DNA of 64,000 nt from Nemertoderma westbladi. Taxonomy: Eukaryota > Animalia > Xenacoelomorpha. Numbering within the stretch: position 1 is the stretch's first letter; each line of letters starts with the position of its first letter. Shown piece by piece: positions 1 to 9,544 of the stretch. The stretch covers positions 29,829-93,828 of the forward strand of contig JAUCBJ010008016.1 of assembly GCA_032718475.1 (NCBI GenBank), in the 5' to 3' direction. A program made the position numbers and the translations under genes. Below the pieces are notes generated by a model. It saw nothing but the letters and a program-made list of their open reading frames with translations, ran no database searches and was not told the origin of the DNA.

Positions 1-1
1 G

Positions 2-3000
2 GTGCAACTCCAGATGGAAGGAGTGATGAAGGGCTACGAAACGGCTAGGTTAACCATCAAGAACGCCTTGGTACACACAGACCTTCGGGTGCGGTTCCGA
101 CAATCAGCCGAGTACGCCCCCCTCATACAATTGGACCGAGACGATGTAGACCTGAGGTGTCCGCAGTTGGACGTGAACCGTATCACCCTACTGATCGGAC
201 TTGACACACCGGAACTACACATCCCCACCGGAGATATCGCTCGATCTATAAACCAGGATGATGGATTTTATGCGGAACGAACAATAATGGGACGGACCCT
301 CTGCGGCATTAAGGAGGAAACTACAGACACCTATACCTACCTTCCTAAATGTCAGATTAAAGAAAATGTAACCTCTGTGGGTTATTGCTCAGCTTCGGAT
401 CTTGACGAGGATTTGTTTCTGGAAACCGAGAAAACCCAACGAGAGATGACGAAATATTTTAATTTGGAGACCCAGGAGTTCGCGGAAAAGGACGAAAACC
501 CATCCGAAGAGGACCAATATTGTATGGACGTTCTCGACCAGGCCACGTTTAAAGACGGACATTGGTGTTCACCTATGTTGTGGAAGGACCCAAACAAACC
601 AATGGCAAACAACGCCAGCATGGCACTTAGGCGACTTAAAGGGATTTTACGCCGGCTGAATGACCAACCCGAGATAAAGGAGAAGTATAATACCGTAATC
701 CAAGGATATCTCGATGATGGATTAGCAGAAATGGTACCACGGAACGAACTGCAAGGCGGTAAAAGAACATATTATCTCCCGACCCACTATGTAGTAGAAG
801 CCCGCAAAGGTGGGAAATTCCGAGTGGTAAATGATGCTGCCGCTATGTACCAGGGCGAATCCCTAAACAGTCAACTTTATACGGGACCCAACATATATAG
901 CACACTCATCGGCGTATTGATCAGGTTCAGGGAAAACCGGGTAGCATTCACCTCTGACATCAAGGCCATGTTTCATCAAGTTCGTACATTACCAAGAGAC
1001 TCGGACTGTCTACGTATCCTATGGACGGATAAAACGCTTACTCAACAGGAGATTAGCCAACTCACGATAAAGGACGTAGACGTAATGCGTATGGTCGTCA
1101 GGATCTTCGGCGCTAAGGACTCGCCGGTAGCATGCAGTGACATGCTAAAGAGGACGGCAACTATGTGCGAAAACGAGTTCCCTCCTACCGTCATAGAAAC
1201 CATTCGACGATGCTTCTACGTGGACGACGGATGCGCCGGCGCGGATAATGTAGATGAGGCGTATCGGCTAGCAATGGGGATGGTAGAATGTCTAAAGAAA
1301 GGAGGGTTTCCACTCGTGAAGTTCAGATCCCACGACAAAACACTTATGGAAAAGTTTCCGGAGGACATCCGGCTGGAAAATAACAAGATGTATTCGGAGG
1401 AGGTGGAACATCGTGTACTCGGGATTGAATGGGACATAGAATCAGATGAATTCATCTTCAAATATAAACCCCTACCCAAGCCTATGACAAAAAGGGGATG
1501 TTTGTCGATAAAAAGTGCAATCTTCGACCCACTAAATTTCATATCTCCAGTAACCTTGGCCAGAATGAACCTGATTAAGGAAATGTGGATAGAAGGACTG
1601 GGATGGGACGAAGAGCTTCCCCCACACCTTAGCGTCAAATGGAGAAAATGGACGGAGCAGCTCGAACACCTACATCTTATGCGGATACCTAGACCGTTTT
1701 TCCTCGATAAACTGCCCACCGATATCTTCCAGCTCCACACCTTTTCGGATGCTTCGAATACAGGAATCGGCGTAGTAACCTTCTTACGGAGACTAAGTAA
1801 CGATGGAAACGGCGATACAAGCTTCTTATTCTCCAAAGCAAAGACAGTATCCGGGGAATTCGTAGCAACGATTCCGAGGCTCGAGCTACAAGCTGCAGTT
1901 TGGGCAGTAAGACAGAATCGCATGGCCATGCGGAACCTACGGATCCCCATAGAATCTCAACACTTCTGGGTAGATTCAAGTATAGTTCTCTATTATCTCC
2001 ACTCTCCATCACGGCGTCACACCACATTTGTTGCAAACCGAGCCACAGAGATTAAACAGTGTACCGGCCGAGAACAGTGGCATCACGTGAACGGGAAGGA
2101 AAACCCAGCGGACTTATCAAGCCGAGGCGCCACCCCAAAACAACTCGGTAAAAGTAAACTCTGGCTTACAGGCCCGGAATTCCTACGGCAGCCACAGTTA
2201 ACATGGAGTACCCGATTCGACCCCGAACTCGACAGCGGAAAATACTCCGAGGACGATAAAGAGATCCGTAAAATCCATCGAAGCAACGCGGTGGAAATTT
2301 ATAGTTGCCTGACTGAGCCTGCAAAGGACTCGGGCAGGCACTATAACGTCGCGACGATTACTCAACTAGCGGCGTCCTTACATCGGTTGATCGAGCGAAC
2401 TTCATCCATGAGACGGCTCGTCCACCACGTTGTAACCCTTCGCAACTTCCTACGGTGGAAAAACAACAAACCGATAGTTCAACGGAATATACAAGAACTT
2501 ATTATCGCGGAGAAGTGTATTGTTAGATATGTCCAGAAAGAAAGTTTCCCCGATGAATGGGAACAACTTAGTGCGGGCAAAACGTTGAAACCGGACAGCC
2601 CAGTCTACCAACTGAGACCAATGATGGGAAAGGACGGACTGATCCGACTAAATACCCGGATGGCAAACGCCCCGGTCGAATATGAGGTCAAATACCCGGC
2701 GCTTCTGCCCGGAACGTCGACACTAGCTAAGCTATTAATTCTACAATGTCACGAGGACAACCACCACGCAGGACAGAATTGGATTATAGCTAATATAAGA
2801 CAAAGATATTGGATCACCCACATCCAGCCACTGATTCGGAAAGTGTTGAAACGTTGCTTCACCTGCAGACGTTACCTAGCGCCACCAATCACACAAAAGA
2901 TGGCCGACTTACCAGCCACCCATCTACAAGCGGATTCCCCGCCATTCTACGTCACCGGAGTGGACTGTTTCGGACCGTTCACGGTTATTGAACGACGATC

Positions 3001-3922
3001 CAACATCAAATGCTGGGGAGCCATCTTCACCTGCCTAAGATCTAGGGCAATTTACCTAGATATCGTGGTAAATCTGACACAACACGCATTCATCAACGCC
3101 CTGCGTCGGTTCGTGGCGAACAACGGGACATGCCGCCACATGTATTCCGATAATGGTACAAACTTTGTGGGAGGAGAAAGAGAACTTAGAGAGGCGATCG
3201 AGGGATGGTTTACCGATAACACCGCATCCCAAGTCTGGAAGGAACACCAGATACAGTGGCACTTCCAGACCCCCTTAGCACCCCATACGAGCGGGGTATG
3301 GGAGAAACTGATCGACCTAGTGAAACGATCCATGCGCGTCGCTCTAGGCGATACCCGGGTAACCCATGACACCCTCCGCACAACATTCTGCGAGATCACG
3401 GCTACCCTGAACAACCGACCCATTGTTCCTATCCGCGACGACCCCACAGACCTGGAACCCCTCACTCCTAACCACTTACTGGGGAGACCCAAAACCCACC
3501 TCCTCCCGGAAACCATGTTCCCGGATCCCAACGAGATCGCGAAACATACAAACTGGAAAAAGGCCCAAGCATTGGCAGCGCATTGGTGGAGAATTTGGGC
3601 CCAGGAGTACCTCATAACCCTCCGGACCAGGAGGAAATGGAACAACACCTACCGGAACGTCGCAGTTGGCGACATGGTACTAGTTAAAGAAGATCTCAAA
3701 GACCGCGTTCACTGGCCTGTGGCGCGGGTCGTGACCATACACCCAAGCAAAGACGGACTTGCGAGGACTGTGACGATACGAACGAAAGCGGGCCACTACC
3801 AACGCCCCATCCAGAAGCTGTGCCTTCTTGAAGGCAATGACAGTGGTGATTCTACGAGAGGTGATAAGTTCCCTACTCAAGATCCTGCTGCGGACATTGG
3901 TGACAATTATAAATGCGTTTAA
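2..3922 (+). CDS. pol: BEL/Pao retrotransposon polyprotein, 5'-truncated by the window: RT, RNase H, integrase
   Basis: RT motifs FRVVNDAAA, DIKAMFHQV and FYVDD. Pao-type RNase H motifs LHTFSDAS, TIPRLELQAA, WVDS and NPADLSSRG. Integrase HHCC (HEDNHH..CFTC), GVDCFGP, SDNGTNF, GVWEKLI and the BEL-type tail RPIQKLCLLE. The 1306 codons are uninterrupted. Confidence 0.96.
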   Translation: MQLQMEGVMKGYETARLTIKNALVHTDLRVRFRQSAEYAPLIQLDRDDVDLRCPQLDVNRITLLIGLDTPELHIPTGDIARSINQDDGFYAERTIMGRTLCGIKEETTDTYTYLPKCQIKENVTSVGYCSASDLDEDLFLETEKTQREMTKYFNLETQEFAEKDENPSEEDQYCMDVLDQATFKDGHWCSPMLWKDPNKPMANNASMALRRLKGILRRLNDQPEIKEKYNTVIQGYLDDGLAEMVPRNELQGGKRTYYLPTHYVVEARKGGKFRVVNDAAAMYQGESLNSQLYTGPNIYSTLIGVLIRFRENRVAFTSDIKAMFHQVRTLPRDSDCLRILWTDKTLTQQEISQLTIKDVDVMRMVVRIFGAKDSPVACSDMLKRTATMCENEFPPTVIETIRRCFYVDDGCAGADNVDEAYRLAMGMVECLKKGGFPLVKFRSHDKTLMEKFPEDIRLENNKMYSEEVEHRVLGIEWDIESDEFIFKYKPLPKPMTKRGCLSIKSAIFDPLNFISPVTLARMNLIKEMWIEGLGWDEELPPHLSVKWRKWTEQLEHLHLMRIPRPFFLDKLPTDIFQLHTFSDASNTGIGVVTFLRRLSNDGNGDTSFLFSKAKTVSGEFVATIPRLELQAAVWAVRQNRMAMRNLRIPIESQHFWVDSSIVLYYLHSPSRRHTTFVANRATEIKQCTGREQWHHVNGKENPADLSSRGATPKQLGKSKLWLTGPEFLRQPQLTWSTRFDPELDSGKYSEDDKEIRKIHRSNAVEIYSCLTEPAKDSGRHYNVATITQLAASLHRLIERTSSMRRLVHHVVTLRNFLRWKNNKPIVQRNIQELIIAEKCIVRYVQKESFPDEWEQLSAGKTLKPDSPVYQLRPMMGKDGLIRLNTRMANAPVEYEVKYPALLPGTSTLAKLLILQCHEDNHHAGQNWIIANIRQRYWITHIQPLIRKVLKRCFTCRRYLAPPITQKMADLPATHLQADSPPFYVTGVDCFGPFTVIERRSNIKCWGAIFTCLRSRAIYLDIVVNLTQHAFINALRRFVANNGTCRHMYSDNGTNFVGGERELREAIEGWFTDNTASQVWKEHQIQWHFQTPLAPHTSGVWEKLIDLVKRSMRVALGDTRVTHDTLRTTFCEITATLNNRPIVPIRDDPTDLEPLTPNHLLGRPKTHLLPETMFPDPNEIAKHTNWKKAQALAAHWWRIWAQEYLITLRTRRKWNNTYRNVAVGDMVLVKEDLKDRVHWPVARVVTIHPSKDGLARTVTIRTKAGHYQRPIQKLCLLEGNDSGDSTRGDKFPTQDPAADIGDNYKCV

Positions 3923-4198
3923 ACCCTTCTCATCATGTTGACAAACTCTATAAAACTGTGATTTATCGACAACGAATTATGGACCCCCCTTAAACCAACT
4001 GTAACCACGCAAATGGTATTTGTGTTTCCTCGTGTGTTATGTGGAGTCCAGCATCACCCTGCAGATGTTTCGACTGACGCAGGGTCGTTTATGTATTGTT
4101 TACCCTGATTTTGGTCATCGGGACCTACGATATTGGATTATTGGAAATGGAAAAGATTTGAAGTGGAATTCATTGTATTCATCGCAGTATGTTATGTT

Positions 4199-4622
4199 GT
4201 CCGTTGCGTGCGCGGTTCGGGGCGTAGGCGGTGTAACGAGTCCAGCTGTAGATCCCGGATTGCCGCGCAACACCCCCTCTATCCCGTTATTCTGGTGGGT
4301 CCATGGTGCATCCACGTGACTTCGACGATAGAGGGTTTTATGTTTCTCAGTCGCGTTATTCTGGTGGGACCGTTACGTGGATTTTGGGGCGTAGGCGGTG
4401 TAACGAGTCCAGCTGTAGATCCCAGAATGTTGCGTAACCCCATCCCACATGACTTCGTCGACTGAGCTTTATGTTGTTGGGAGTGTTATTCTGGTGGGTC
4501 CCTGGTGCATCCACATGACTTCACTCTCAGCGTCTTCATTGTCCGTTACGTGCGCAGTTTGGGGCGTAGGCGGTGTAACGAGTCCAGCTGTAGATCCCAG
4601 ATTGCCGCGTAACACCCCTTCC
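4199..4622 (+). repeat. Interleaved direct repeats in the pol/extra-ORF spacer (3 x ~80 nt hairpin unit; 2 full and 1 partial ~40 nt unit)
   Basis: Invariant core ggggcgtaggcggtgtaacgagtccagctgtagatccc at ~4220, ~4386 and ~4562. gttattctggtggg occurs at ~4286, ~4355 and ~4485. Confidence 0.85.
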
Positions 4623-5163
4623 ACGACAAAGATTAACCAAAGAAAATGATTGAATATAGTTGGAAACGATGAAAAGGATCAGACAACTCTACTATAAACC
4701 TGAATGATGACGCGTATACTGATGAAAATGTAATGATGCGCACCCTGGTGCTGCGCTTATAACAATGATGATAGCCGGGGGGCTATAAACCCAATGATGA
4801 TGTGGAAATAAATAAATGTGAAATAAATGGTGGAAATAAATGTGTTGAAATATGTGGAAATAAATGAAATGAGATGAAATGATAATGAAATGAAAAAAGA
4901 CAAAAAAAAGGTATAAAAAAAAGGTCAAAGAAAAGAATTGGAAAAAAAGGACAAAAAAGTCATAAAAAACTGGTTGGATATTATGTATAGCTATAGTAAC
5001 TGTAAATGCTGAATGTATTAGCAATAAGATGATAGATGCCTATAGCAATGTTATTAATAAACTGAATTAAATAAAAAACTGAATTATTCTGCTATCGCTA
5101 TAGTTTCAGACTTTCTGGACTTATAATTAACTGATCTAATTTGTAACGGATATAATCGTAAAT

Positions 5164-7764
5164 ATGGACCCAAATCGCCAAATTATCGGCGAATTACGTA
5201 ACACGATAGATCTACTGGAATATTCGCAACCTGGATCCCCTGACTTTGATACAAATTGGAACACTCTGCTAAATGAGAACGTACGAGACGTTAAATTCAC
5301 CGGGCGAGAGGGACCGGATTCTAAGAATCTACGAGCCCTCCGGTTAGCCGATGCTAGTACGAGACTGAAAAGAACTCGGAACGCAAAGGCAACCGGAGGG
5401 GACGATTCGTCGTTTTGGGAAACGTTCCGGCAGAGCGTCTACAGATCCCGATGTTTGATCTACGACAACGAGGGAAACGCGACGCCCACCTCGAAAGCGA
5501 TTACGTTGGCGAGATGTCAAAGTTTCGTCGACGACAAGAGTACGTACCTCGCCCACTGGGGAAACCTGTCGGAGTGTACGGCGACGCTTCGAGAGGAACG
5601 CATATCGATTATCCAGAACCGAGACGACTACCAGGAAAAGTATGGGGCGAAAGAATACGGTCGATCCTTAGTCGTCGTCCTCGGAACCCTGGACGGTTTG
5701 GTACTGGTGTGCCGAATATTCCCGACACCCAGACAGGAAGTGCGGGCAGCCGGAGCGATCTGGTTGCTGCCTCCGGAAATCCAAAAGATCCTCTTCGACT
5801 TCGACGTCATTAAAATCGGGTCGGATATCAAGGCAGACGTCCGGAACGACTACGCGAACGCTCCCGCAGGAAGAAACCGACGAAACGACCTCAACGCACT
5901 TAGCCATTGCATCGACACTCAAACGCTGCTAGCCTGGTTGCGATTCGCCGAGTTCATGCGAGGATTCCAAGAAGTGAGACCGACGAAATCCGGGATCGGC
6001 TACCTCGCTGTGCTCAACGGCGGTATCGACTTCAAACCCCAGAAATTCCGGGACTATAATAAAATATACGGCGGATACCCGGGATTAGAGATAAAGAGCG
6101 AGCGGGAGGGTCGATGGAAGGACGTCGATCGGAAGTGGACGATACACCAAAGGTGGGAGAATCCCGATCGACGGAGCTATATCTACGTCGTTATGGAATG
6201 TTACACCGTCGCTAAGTTTATCTGCAAGACTCTCGATAACCTTATTACGGCGGCCCCCCTTTCCTTCGTCGACTACGACTGGAACGAGGTTATAAACCAC
6301 GCGTTTAAAGCGGTCGAGAACATTACACCGGGAGAATCGAAAACGCCCGCCGTTATCAACTCCTGGGACGAGAGCGGACCTTACGATATCCCTACGATTA
6401 CCGAGCTTCTCGGTGCGGAGGAGCCTCTGATCTCTTCGGAAGGGGAAGAGATATGGCTAAACGAGGGTGTTCTTCTCTCCACCCCGAAGCGACAACTCGA
6501 GCCGGAGGCCGCGTATGGACCGGCCGCCAAACGAGTTGCCTCGGCCGAACCGATAAAGAGAGCAGGCGTCTACACCCCACGCGGCTCCGGTAGCCCCGCG
6601 AGAGAGGTAGCCACTACAGCTGCATTGAGCGACTTCGGCGACATATGCCAACGGTTATCCCCGTATCCTTTCCCGGGTGGCGAAGATTGGTCGTCGGAGA
6701 TTCCGAGTACCAGCCACCAACGGACCCGCTCAGCGATACTGGTCGAGGAGGGCCCCAGCGATGCGCCGACCCCCGACGATCTCCTCGGTATCCCTCCGTC
6801 GAAAACCCCGGCACCTCTTCGCCGACCAGCGGTGGCTACTACACCCGCCGTTCCTCAGGACCCTATGCGACTAACCCGTTGGTACGCCGAGCAAACTGAA
6901 TGGATCCACCGCCAGAAACGGTCGTCCGAGTTGAGACCAGCGGGACACAAAGAGGGTTATCGGAGCGAGAACATACTACGCAAAAGCCTAGCATTCCGCG
7001 GGCTACCGACCACCGAGAATATTCCGAAGAGCGACCGACGACTCGAATACTACGTCGGCGTCCCGATTCCGATATTCCCCGGTCGAGAAATGCAGTTGGA
7101 GGTATGCGGCGACTGCGGCTCGGAGCAGTGCCCACGCGGCAGAAGGAATCGGGTTACCGATTCTTGCCTCCAGCTCCTCGGGATACTCTACTGCCCATAC
7201 TGCGCGATATCGGGCCACGACGTTTCGGTCTGTCCGATCCTTTATAACCTCTGCACCACGTGCGGTTTCCGTGGACATTCCGCTAGCCCCCGCTGCTATA
7301 TCAAATGTCCAACCAAAGACGTTACCGCTATGGGCAATATGGTCATGTTTGAGACATACGCAAACAGCCACTTAAAGACCAAGTTTCGGAGAAACGCTCG
7401 GAATATCGCGCAGGAGATGGCGTGCGGATATTTCTCCTTCCCGGAACGCCTCCACACGTCGGCCACGCTACCTTTCCATTACGTGGATCTGCTACTGAGC
7501 GCCGGATTATTCGGCCCATTCGAAGTCATTAGACGATTATATTCGTATAAAGAAGAGTTCGGTGACGGAGAGTGGTTTCTCGAGGCTCGCAACTCCGAGT
7601 TGGAAAGACGAACCGACATGATCCCGATGCCTTCGAAAGGAAGAGCCGCCAGGAGACAAGCCGAAGCGTTACTCACGATGGACGTTGACGCTCCTCTACC
7701 AGCCATAGCGATCGATGAGAGTCGACGGGCGAAGAGACGAAAGGCGTATCAGAAAAAGAAATAG
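5164..7764 (+). CDS. Extra ORF of element 1 (866 aa): DEDDy 3'-5' exonuclease-like N-terminal domain, Pro/acidic linker, three Zn-knuckle-like motifs, basic C-terminus
   Basis: Long ATG-initiated ORF. ExoI-like LIYDNEG, ExoII-like LPPEIQKILFDFDVIKIGSDIKAD, CIDTQ and ExoIII-like W..PDRRSYIYVVME. Cys/His motifs CGDCGSEQC, CPYCAISGHDVSVC and CTTCGFRGHSASPRC. Candidate splice acceptor tttcag at 5104-5109. The ORF is certain; the domain call is by motif recognition. Confidence 0.75.
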   Translation: MDPNRQIIGELRNTIDLLEYSQPGSPDFDTNWNTLLNENVRDVKFTGREGPDSKNLRALRLADASTRLKRTRNAKATGGDDSSFWETFRQSVYRSRCLIYDNEGNATPTSKAITLARCQSFVDDKSTYLAHWGNLSECTATLREERISIIQNRDDYQEKYGAKEYGRSLVVVLGTLDGLVLVCRIFPTPRQEVRAAGAIWLLPPEIQKILFDFDVIKIGSDIKADVRNDYANAPAGRNRRNDLNALSHCIDTQTLLAWLRFAEFMRGFQEVRPTKSGIGYLAVLNGGIDFKPQKFRDYNKIYGGYPGLEIKSEREGRWKDVDRKWTIHQRWENPDRRSYIYVVMECYTVAKFICKTLDNLITAAPLSFVDYDWNEVINHAFKAVENITPGESKTPAVINSWDESGPYDIPTITELLGAEEPLISSEGEEIWLNEGVLLSTPKRQLEPEAAYGPAAKRVASAEPIKRAGVYTPRGSGSPAREVATTAALSDFGDICQRLSPYPFPGGEDWSSEIPSTSHQRTRSAILVEEGPSDAPTPDDLLGIPPSKTPAPLRRPAVATTPAVPQDPMRLTRWYAEQTEWIHRQKRSSELRPAGHKEGYRSENILRKSLAFRGLPTTENIPKSDRRLEYYVGVPIPIFPGREMQLEVCGDCGSEQCPRGRRNRVTDSCLQLLGILYCPYCAISGHDVSVCPILYNLCTTCGFRGHSASPRCYIKCPTKDVTAMGNMVMFETYANSHLKTKFRRNARNIAQEMACGYFSFPERLHTSATLPFHYVDLLLSAGLFGPFEVIRRLYSYKEEFGDGEWFLEARNSELERRTDMIPMPSKGRAARRQAEALLTMDVDAPLPAIAIDESRRAKRRKAYQKKK

Positions 7765-7920
7765 TGGATTGGGATATTCCAGGAACATTTATCGAATATT
7801 TATTTTTATACAAACTCTAGGCCGAATTAATTAAAAACTATGCAATATTAAATTTGGGTTTTTTATATTGGGAATGACCTACGCAAACTCAATCGACCGA
7901 CAGACTTCACGAAGGTCATT

Positions 7921-7929
7921 GGGGGGGAC
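7921..7929 (+). other. Polypurine tract of element 1 (duplicated at 11423-11431)
   Basis: gggggggac lies immediately before the TGTT LTR start. Confidence 0.75.
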
Positions 7930-9537
7930 TGTTCGCGGTATTTCAACTTTCCATAACGCGAGTTGAATATTTTTGTATTTATTTAAAATTGATTATTCCG
8001 ATATTACTACTGGGTGCGGGACCATGGGTTTTGGGCACATTTAATAAACTGGGGGCGATTTATGGGCGAACTTTGGGGCAACTTACAGGGTACGGGAATA
8101 ATTTCATAGTTATAAGGGCCAGGGGGGATGGAAAATGCAAGCAGTATTCAGGTTAGCCTGAGTACTATTAGGCCCTGGCCAACTTCCTGCTGCCTGTAGG
8201 GGTGGATTTGGTAATGCGCCAGGCCTAAAGGACAAGGACAGCCCTTAGCGGTCCCTGGCCAACAGCAGCCATTACGAGACTGAAAAGAACTCGGACCGCT
8301 GACTGCTTGTGTCAGGGATTTGCGACGGGCACCGACGGCCCCTTAGTAGCCAAGCCGTTCTGGTTCTCGATGATCGAACCCCGGGGTTCGTGAGGGGTGG
8401 AGCGGACACGCGAACGGGTGGCCAACTTAAGACTGCCCCCTGACCTAAGCCGTACGGTTCTCGATGACCGATCCCTTCGGGGTTCGCGAGGGGTGGGACG
8501 GACATGCGAAAGGGCTGGCCACAGGACGGGTTTGACGAGAACTGCCCTTAGCGGTCTCTGGTCAACGGCAGCTACTACGAGACTGAAAAGAACTCGGAAC
8601 GCTGACTGCTTGTACTGGGATTTGCGACGGGACCCGACGACAGACCCCTTAGCCAAGCCGTACTGGTTCTCGATGATCGTTCCCTTCGGGGTTCGTGAGG
8701 GGTGGAACGGACACGCGACGGGGTCGAAAGACAAAGGACTAGACTCGACTAGACTCTACTGGCCTACCGACTGTTCGGAGCAGTTTCTTGGCTGCCGAAG
8801 CGACTACGAGCCTGAAACGGACTCGGAAAGCCTAGGTGGTTGGGTTTCTGTGATGAACCGACGGACCCCTAGCCAAGCCGTTCTGGTTCTCGATGATCGA
8901 ACCCTTCGGGGTTCGTGAGAGGTGGAACGGACACGCGAACGGGTCCACCGACACGACAGACTCCTAGCCAAGCCGTACTGGTTCTCGATGACCGAACCCT
9001 TCGGGGTTCGAGAGGGGTGGTACGGATACGCGACAGAGTCTACCGACTGGACCGACCCTTAGCCAAGCCGTGCTGGTTCTCGATGATCGTTCCCTTCGGG
9101 GTTCGTGAGGGGTGGAACGGACACGCGACAGGGTCGACCGACACCGACACTACGGCACTAAGACTGGGACCGAGGGAAAATCTGGGGAACATTAGGTAGG
9201 CTAAAATTCTGAGCGAACAGTGGGTTATTAAATAATCTACCGTAGGGATTTATATTATCGTGTATAATTATTGTGAATATTTGGTGTATATTGATTTGGG
9301 GAAGCCCAAAATTATTCTTAATCAGGTTTCAATGATGTTGAACAGGTTTCAACTATAGGAAGTTACATTAAAGAGTATATCCAACTAATGCAGCTTTTTA
9401 TCAACCGCAAACTTGCATCTTAGAAAATATTCCCTCCCCACAATCAATATCCGGTGACTGGCCGGGGCTCGGTGGTCTGTTAAGTCACGTCTCCAGCATC
9501 GGCGTTTTTCCCCCCTGGTGTTGGGATAACGGCAACA
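7930..9537 (+). repeat. 3' LTR of element 1 (~1608 bp)
   Basis: Starts TGTTCGCGG after the PPT and ends GGCAACA (TGTT/AACA terminal inverted repeat), directly followed by LINE coding sequence. The 5' LTR is not in the window to confirm the boundaries. Confidence 0.75.
8242..9135 (+). repeat. Array of structured repeats inside the LTR: six kink-turn/UUCG hairpin units and three loop-E/GAAA hairpin units
   Basis: Type 1 (agccaagccgtWctggttctcgatgaYcgWWcccttcggggttcgHgagRggtggaacggacacgcga) at ~8347, 8448, 8650, 8870, 8965 and 9060. Type 2 (tacgagactgaaaagaactcggaacgc) at ~8273, 8576 and 8805. The same array recurs at ~11744-12638. Confidence 0.85.
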
Positions 9538-9544
9538 TAAACGT

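Larger units (their letters stand above)
1..9537 (+). mobile_element. BEL/Pao LTR retrotransposon (element 1), 3' portion: pol, spacer, extra ORF, PPT, 3' LTR
   Basis: BEL-type pol, a G-rich PPT at 7921-7929 and a TGTT...AACA-bounded segment, followed by an abrupt switch to LINE sequence. The 5' end lies outside the window. Confidence 0.88.

Noticed and set aside
34-3880. Antisense and alternate-frame ORFs overlapping pol
   Set aside because: They are shadow ORFs of a long coding sequence with no recognisable motifs.
5164-7764. Extra ORF as an envelope gene or a second gag
   Set aside because: It has no signal peptide or TM segment and no BEL gag core; knuckle spacing and context differ from the gag seen in element 2.
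8242-9135. LTR repeats as hammerhead ribozymes
   Set aside because: The motif is CGAUGA(U/C), not CUGANGA, and there is no correctly placed GAAA/NUH three-way junction. A k-turn fits better.
8272-9199. Short ORFs within the element 1 LTR, and their duplicates at 11.8-12.7 kb
   Set aside because: They are translations of GC-rich repeats, their frames differ between the two copies, and they show no protein motifs.
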